From the IMG/VR virus record IMGVR_UViG_3300025450_001231: a DNA stretch of 64,000 nucleotides; one strand, written 5' to 3'. The translations under genes were made by a program, and so were the position numbers. Positions 59,831 to 64,000 of the stretch are shown here, piece after piece. Position 1 is the first letter of the stretch; the number at the start of each line of letters is the position of its first letter. This DNA comes from a virus (lineage: Duplodnaviria; Caudoviricetes). The notes under the pieces are model-generated. The model did not search any database and was not told the DNA's origin. It was given only the letters and a program-made list of their open reading frames with translations.

Positions 59831-59873
59831 TATTGGAAAAAAACTTTTTACCCTCGGGATGGGAAGTTACATT

Positions 59874-59900
59874 AAAGGACCGCAATTGCGGTCCTTTTTT
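59874..59900 (+). terminator. Rho-independent terminator
   Basis: AAAGGACCGC-AATT-GCGGTCCTTT followed by a T-run. Confidence 0.9.
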
Positions 59901-59938
59901 GTTGGCTTGATAAATAATACTAACATAGGAATTTAATT

Positions 59939-60667
59939 ATGTCATTACCATATGGAGTTAAAGTTGAATCAGGTATCGTGGTTGGTCCTGGAATATTTAT
60001 TGGACTTGGTCAAGGTTCGTCTGGCATCTCTGCACCAGTTGCATCAGATTTTGCGGTAGGCCCTAATCCACCTAACGGACTAGTAGTAGGATATTCGTTA
60101 GGATTATCTACCAACATTACAGGTAGTTATAACAGTGTTACTATATTAACTCAAACAGGATCTGGTAGTGCAGTAGTTTCTGGTACAGACATATTATACA
60201 GCGGAAGCCCTTCTGGAAATCACAGCACTTTGACTATAACGTATACAGTAACTGGACCAGGCGGAACATCAAATATAGGAACTATTACAGTTGAAAATGG
60301 ATGTTGTATAGTAGCCAGTGCATTAACTGCACAAGGTTTATGGACATCGAGACAGTACAAAGCACTTAACATTTGGGGTGCAGAAGTACTTGACAAGTCG
60401 TTTGCTGGCCGCGCATTGCACAAAGGTTATCACATAATTGCTCCTAAGGTAGTAATACCGGCAATCAAACAACAAGGCACCTTAAAAGCAAAATACTTTA
60501 AGTGGAGTTTTGATAACGCTACTAAAATGTTAAGAGGTAAAAAATACGATAAACTTTCAATCGTAAATAGTGCAGTATGGATTGGTGTAATGACTATTAC
60601 TGGTTTATTTACTAAACAAGAACAAGCTGATAAGTCTTGGAAATCAATTTATAAGGATACAAAATAA
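59939..60667 (+). CDS. virion accessory protein with Ig-like middle and CCIVASAL C-terminal domain
   Basis: TAAATA at 59911; Thr/Gly-rich beta region; CCIVASAL...HKGYH. Confidence 0.6.
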   Translation: MSLPYGVKVESGIVVGPGIFIGLGQGSSGISAPVASDFAVGPNPPNGLVVGYSLGLSTNITGSYNSVTILTQTGSGSAVVSGTDILYSGSPSGNHSTLTITYTVTGPGGTSNIGTITVENGCCIVASALTAQGLWTSRQYKALNIWGAEVLDKSFAGRALHKGYHIIAPKVVIPAIKQQGTLKAKYFKWSFDNATKMLRGKKYDKLSIVNSAVWIGVMTITGLFTKQEQADKSWKSIYKDTK

Positions 60668-60963
60668 TGGCAACAATTAATAGTACAATCGATAATTGTG
60701 TACTACACAATATATTAAGTAATGCAGCAACTTCACCTGATTATAAAAGTCACGCAGATAAGCTAACTGCATTTGCTAACTTGTTGCCACAATCTGTAGT
60801 TGATCAGTATTATACTAAATCAAAACAAATTATAGATAGTAAGAAATATACTCCTGAGCAATTTGCAAGTATGTATCAGCAAAAGATTATTCCTTTAGTT
60901 GAAACAAGCGTCGACGAAACAGTATTTGCATCTCAATTATTGAGTCTATTGGATACATTATAA
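60667..60963 (+). CDS. hypothetical protein
   Basis: TAATG coupling to the previous gene. Confidence 0.7.
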   Translation: MATINSTIDNCVLHNILSNAATSPDYKSHADKLTAFANLLPQSVVDQYYTKSKQIIDSKKYTPEQFASMYQQKIIPLVETSVDETVFASQLLSLLDTL

Positions 60964-61029
60964 AATTAAAGGAAAAATATAATTAAAAACTAATTAGTAT
61001 CGATAGATTTTTGCCATTTTAAGTAAATA

Positions 61030-61099
61030 AGTATGTTCACACTCTGAAATGAGTGTTCTCGGAGCAGCCACTTCGGGTAGCTTAGAACGCTAACATACT
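61030..61099 (+). promoter_or_regulatory. structured 5' leader
   Basis: AGTATGTT(61030-61037)/AACATACT(61092-61099) closes internal hairpins, immediately after TAAATA at 61024. Confidence 0.5.
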
Positions 61100-61114
61100 A
61101 TAAAGGAAAATAAA

Positions 61115-61855
61115 ATGGCAAAATTAAAAATCTCTAAAACAACTTCAGTAAGCGGAGTTACTTATCCCCAACCACGTACAGATCGTCAGACTGGACCAGA
61201 AACAATTACCAGCAACGGTGTAACAGGTCACCCAGGTAGTGTTGGTGGTATATACACACAAGCTGGAGCACAAATACACGCACAAGTAAACACAGGCAAT
61301 GGTCCTACTAACGGTAGTATTTTGCGTCAAAAAGGTGCGCACAAGTTTTTATGTACTGACGGTACAAGCAAAAAAGTTTGCAAACTAGTACCAAGTCGTG
61401 TACCAGACGGCGGCCCAGGACAAATGAGTATCCCAGTTTACACAACGGTATTCAGCGGCAATATTGCTGACACAGTAGGTAATGCAACATCATCATATTT
61501 GTACTATCAAGTATCAAGTATTGTTGGTGATGCTAGTGGTATTAAAATTGGTGCAAACATTCACAACATTCAGCAAAGTATTAACGGTAATGTAGTTATT
61601 ACAGCCATTAATGCAACAGTTGGTAATATTGGTAATGTTACAGTTAACTTCAGTTTACAAGATGGAGATCCCCCAAGTGGTGTTTATATTATGGAAGCAG
61701 GTTTCTTTGCTAGCCGTATTACAAATCGTTGGGTCTATGATTTTAACGGTAACAAATATCGTTATTGGAGTCAGTTACCAACAACTGCAAAACCATACCA
61801 CGTGGACGCAGCAGCGGGTACTGTAGGTTTTGTACAAATTCCTGATGCTGTATAA
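61115..61855 (+). CDS. virion structural protein (putative)
   Basis: AAAGGA RBS; MAKLKISK...SILRQKGAHKFL; late promoter upstream. Confidence 0.65.
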   Translation: MAKLKISKTTSVSGVTYPQPRTDRQTGPETITSNGVTGHPGSVGGIYTQAGAQIHAQVNTGNGPTNGSILRQKGAHKFLCTDGTSKKVCKLVPSRVPDGGPGQMSIPVYTTVFSGNIADTVGNATSSYLYYQVSSIVGDASGIKIGANIHNIQQSINGNVVITAINATVGNIGNVTVNFSLQDGDPPSGVYIMEAGFFASRITNRWVYDFNGNKYRYWSQLPTTAKPYHVDAAAGTVGFVQIPDAV

Positions 61856-61891
61856 AACACAAAAATAAATAATTTTTGATAAAATGCAAAT

Positions 61892-61913
61892 AGGGCTGGT
61901 AACAGCCTTTTTT
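61892..61913 (+). terminator. Rho-independent terminator
   Basis: AGGGCTG-GTAA-CAGCCTT followed by a T-run. Confidence 0.8.
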
Positions 61914-61955
61914 GCTTTGTTGATAACGGAATAAATATCTAAAACAGGATAATTC

Positions 61956-64000
61956 ATGAGCTCGAATGACAATATATCGTCTGGTAATTACAATCTCACC
62001 ACTTTAGATCCAACTGGTAATGTAGTTGTTACTACTAAAGACTTTGTTATTAACGGTAATTTAATTGTTAATGGTAGTTCAGGATTGGTTACATCAGTGG
62101 GACCAACTGGTCCAACAGGCCCAGCAGGACCTGCAGGTCCGTCAGGTAGCCCTGGTCCGTCAGGACCAAGAGGGCCATCAGGACCGTCGGGGCCTACTGG
62201 TGCAGGAGTACAAGGACCACAAGGACCAAGCGGCTCATTGGGACCATCAGGACCAAGCGGACCATCAGGACCGTCAGGGCCTACTGGTGCAGGAGTACAA
62301 GGACCACAAGGACCAAGCGGCTCGGTAGGACCATTAGGACCAAGCGGACCATCAGGCCCTAGCGGCCCTGCAGGACCAAGCGGACCATCGGGACAATTTG
62401 GACAAGACGGTAAACTTGGACCGCAAGGACCACAAGGTCCCAGTGGTTTAGATAGTACAGTACCAGGCCCACAAGGACCACAAGGACCGGCCGGTACTAG
62501 CGTAGAAATTCAAGGGTCTGTTGCAGTTTACACTGCACTTCCGAGTTCTGGACAAACATTAGGTTGGGGATACATAACATCTGATACTGGACATTTATGG
62601 GTTTATACTGGAACAAGTACAACAGATTCAACACATCATAATGGATTCTTAGATGTAGGAAATATTACCGGACCGACAGGCGCTCAAGGACCGCAAGGAC
62701 CAACTGGAATTCAAGGAAATACAGGAGCACAAGGTCCACAAGGCATACAAGGAAATACTGGAGCACAAGGACCGCAAGGCATCCAAGGGCCAACAGGAAT
62801 TCAAGGAAATACTGGAGCACAAGGACCCCAAGGCATCCAAGGGCCGACTGGAATTCAAGGAAATACTGGAGCACAAGGACCAACAGGTGTACAAGGACCA
62901 ACTGGTGTACAAGGCCCTACTGGTGTACAAGGACCGCAAGGACCACAAGGACCAATTGGACTAGACGGAGCACAAGGATTACAAGGACCGCAAGGACCAC
63001 AAGGACCATCGGGTCCACAAGGTACTCAAGGAAATCAAGGATTATCTGGTGTACAAGGACCACAAGGACCAACTGGTGCACAAGGACCAAGCGGTCCACA
63101 AGGAGCCGCTAGTACAGTACCAGGACCACAGGGACCGACTGGAATAGGCGTACAAGGACCACAGGGACCACAAGGCGTACAAGGGCCAAGCGGATCACAA
63201 GGCCTAACTGGAATCCAAGGAAATACTGGAGCACAAGGACCGCAAGGTGTTCAAGGACCAACTGGTGTACAAGGGCCACAAGGTCCTTCTGGTCTTACTT
63301 TTACTAATGTATATAGTACTGATACTTTTAGTTTAGCCAATCCTGCTGGATCTCCTACATTTACAGTTAATCAACTTGGAGCTTTTCAAGTTGGTAATAG
63401 AATTCGTGTCTGGAACAGTGATTATAACTTTTTTGAAGGCACATTAGCTAATATTAATATAGATAACGGGTATAGTAATTTACATTGGCAAGTAACCAGC
63501 GATTATGTAAAAACTTCAGGAGTTCCTAAATCTTTTTGGAGTGTTAGTCTAGTAGGGGAATACGGCTCGCAAGGGCCCCAAGGACCACAAGGTCCAATTG
63601 GTCCAATTGGACTAGACGGTGTACAAGGACCACAAGGCACACAAGGACCAAGCGGACCATCAGGACCAAGCGGACCACAAGGCCCCAGTGGAGTCAGTAA
63701 TGTACCCGGACCACAAGGACCACAAGGTCCTAGCGGAGCAGGTGTTCAAGGCCCAACTGGTGCGCAAGGGCCACAAGGACCATCGGGCCCAAGCGGTCCG
63801 CAAGGTCCAAGCGGAGTTAGTAATGTACCCGGACCACAAGGACCAACGGGTATACAAGGACCAACGGGTATACAAGGACCACAAGGCCCACAAGGATTCA
63901 CTGGATTTACAGGCCCAAGTGGCCCACAAGGTCCAAGTGGCCCACAAGGTCCAAGTGGAGTTCAAGGACCACAAGGCGTTCAAGGACCAAGCGGACCACA
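61956..64000 (+). CDS. collagen-like fibre protein (truncated by the window end; not in the ORF track)
   Basis: ATG 61956 after AGGA; [14 protein letters not shown]... followed by long G-X-Y runs; no stop codon seen before the edge. Confidence 0.85.
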   Translation, partial: MSSNDNISSGNYNLTTLDPTGNVVVTTKDFVINGNLIVNGSSGLVTSVGPTGPTGPAGPAGPSGSPGPSGPRGPSGPSGPTGAGVQGPQGPSGSLGPSGPSGPSGPSGPTGAGVQGPQGPSGSVGPLGPSGPSGPSGPAGPSGPSGQFGQDGKLGPQGPQGPSGLDSTVPGPQGPQGPAGTSVEIQGSVAVYTALPSSGQTLGWGYITSDTGHLWVYTGTSTTDSTHHNGFLDVGNITGPTGAQGPQGPTGIQGNTGAQGPQGIQGNTGAQGPQGIQGPTGIQGNTGAQGPQGIQGPTGIQGNTGAQGPTGVQGPTGVQGPTGVQGPQGPQGPIGLDGAQGLQGPQGPQGPSGPQGTQGNQGLSGVQGPQGPTGAQGPSGPQGAASTVPGPQGPTGIGVQGPQGPQGVQGPSGSQGLTGIQGNTGAQGPQGVQGPTGVQGPQGPSGLTFTNVYSTDTFSLANPAGSPTFTVNQLGAFQVGNRIRVWNSDYNFFEGTLANINIDNGYSNLHWQVTSDYVKTSGVPKSFWSVSLVGEYGSQGPQGPQGPIGPIGLDGVQGPQGTQGPSGPSGPSGPQGPSGVSNVPGPQGPQGPSGAGVQGPTGAQGPQGPSGPSGPQGPSGVSNVPGPQGPTGIQGPTGIQGPQGPQGFTGFTGPSGPQGPSGPQGPSGVQGPQGVQGPSGP
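62060..64000. repeat. coding G-X-Y repeats including ~45-bp tandem units
   Basis: GGAATTCAAGGAAATACTGGAGCACAAGG recurs at 62700-62880; GGACCACAAGG is repeated throughout. Confidence 0.85.

Noticed and set aside
59836-59850. AAAAAAAC-TTTTT slippery-like sequence near the capsid gene end (possible frameshifted capsid extension)
   Set aside because: It lies downstream of the TAA stop and is followed by a strong terminator, so no extension frame is reachable
61051-61099. Second preQ1-like aptamer in the 61115 leader (GAGTG..CACTT)
   Set aside because: It lacks the CAUC/A-rich tail arrangement, the downstream gene is structural, and the alternative multibranch fold is better supported
62650-64000. 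Regularly repeated DNA that might be a CRISPR array
   Set aside because: Repeats are multiples of 9 bp, in frame in a collagen ORF, with no unique spacers and no cas genes
1-64000. Stop-codon reassignment, as seen in some large phages
   Set aside because: Core genes (gp23, gp20, gp46, thyA, the 3981-aa wedge) are full length under the standard code, with dense gene packing

Overview
This window is a fragment of a large, AT-rich T4-like (myovirus-type) phage genome read with the standard code. From left to right it holds six blocks. (1) 1-14963, + strand: 7-deazaguanine genes (queD, queE) with cupins and a MazG-like gene, an RNase H/5'-3' exonuclease, a 2OG-Fe(II) oxygenase, a MoxR-type AAA+ / HExxH-vWA pair, DHFR and thymidylate synthase. 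(2) 14960-45401, - strand: a late operon of baseplate genes (gp48/54-like, gp53, hub, gp5, gp25, gp6, a 3981-aa wedge), collagen-like fibres, a beta-helix tailspike and a sedolisin (S53) protease. (3) 45517-49981, + strand: the late sigma factor gp55 (apparently starting at ATT), gp47, gp46, a GIY-YIG nuclease and a small ORF. (4) A ~480-nt non-coding, densely structured segment at 49982-50462. (5) gp51/gp26 (- strand), then tape measure, portal, prohead protease, scaffold and major capsid genes (+ strand). (6) Virion accessory genes and a collagen-like gene running off the right edge. The best leads are the large candidate structured RNA next to the GIY-YIG gene, a preQ1-I-like riboswitch candidate upstream of queD, a prodomain-less sedolisin that appears to dock on a fibre, and the ATT start of gp55. 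No tRNA, rRNA, CRISPR array or transposase was recognised. All family assignments come from motif recognition by eye, not from database searches.
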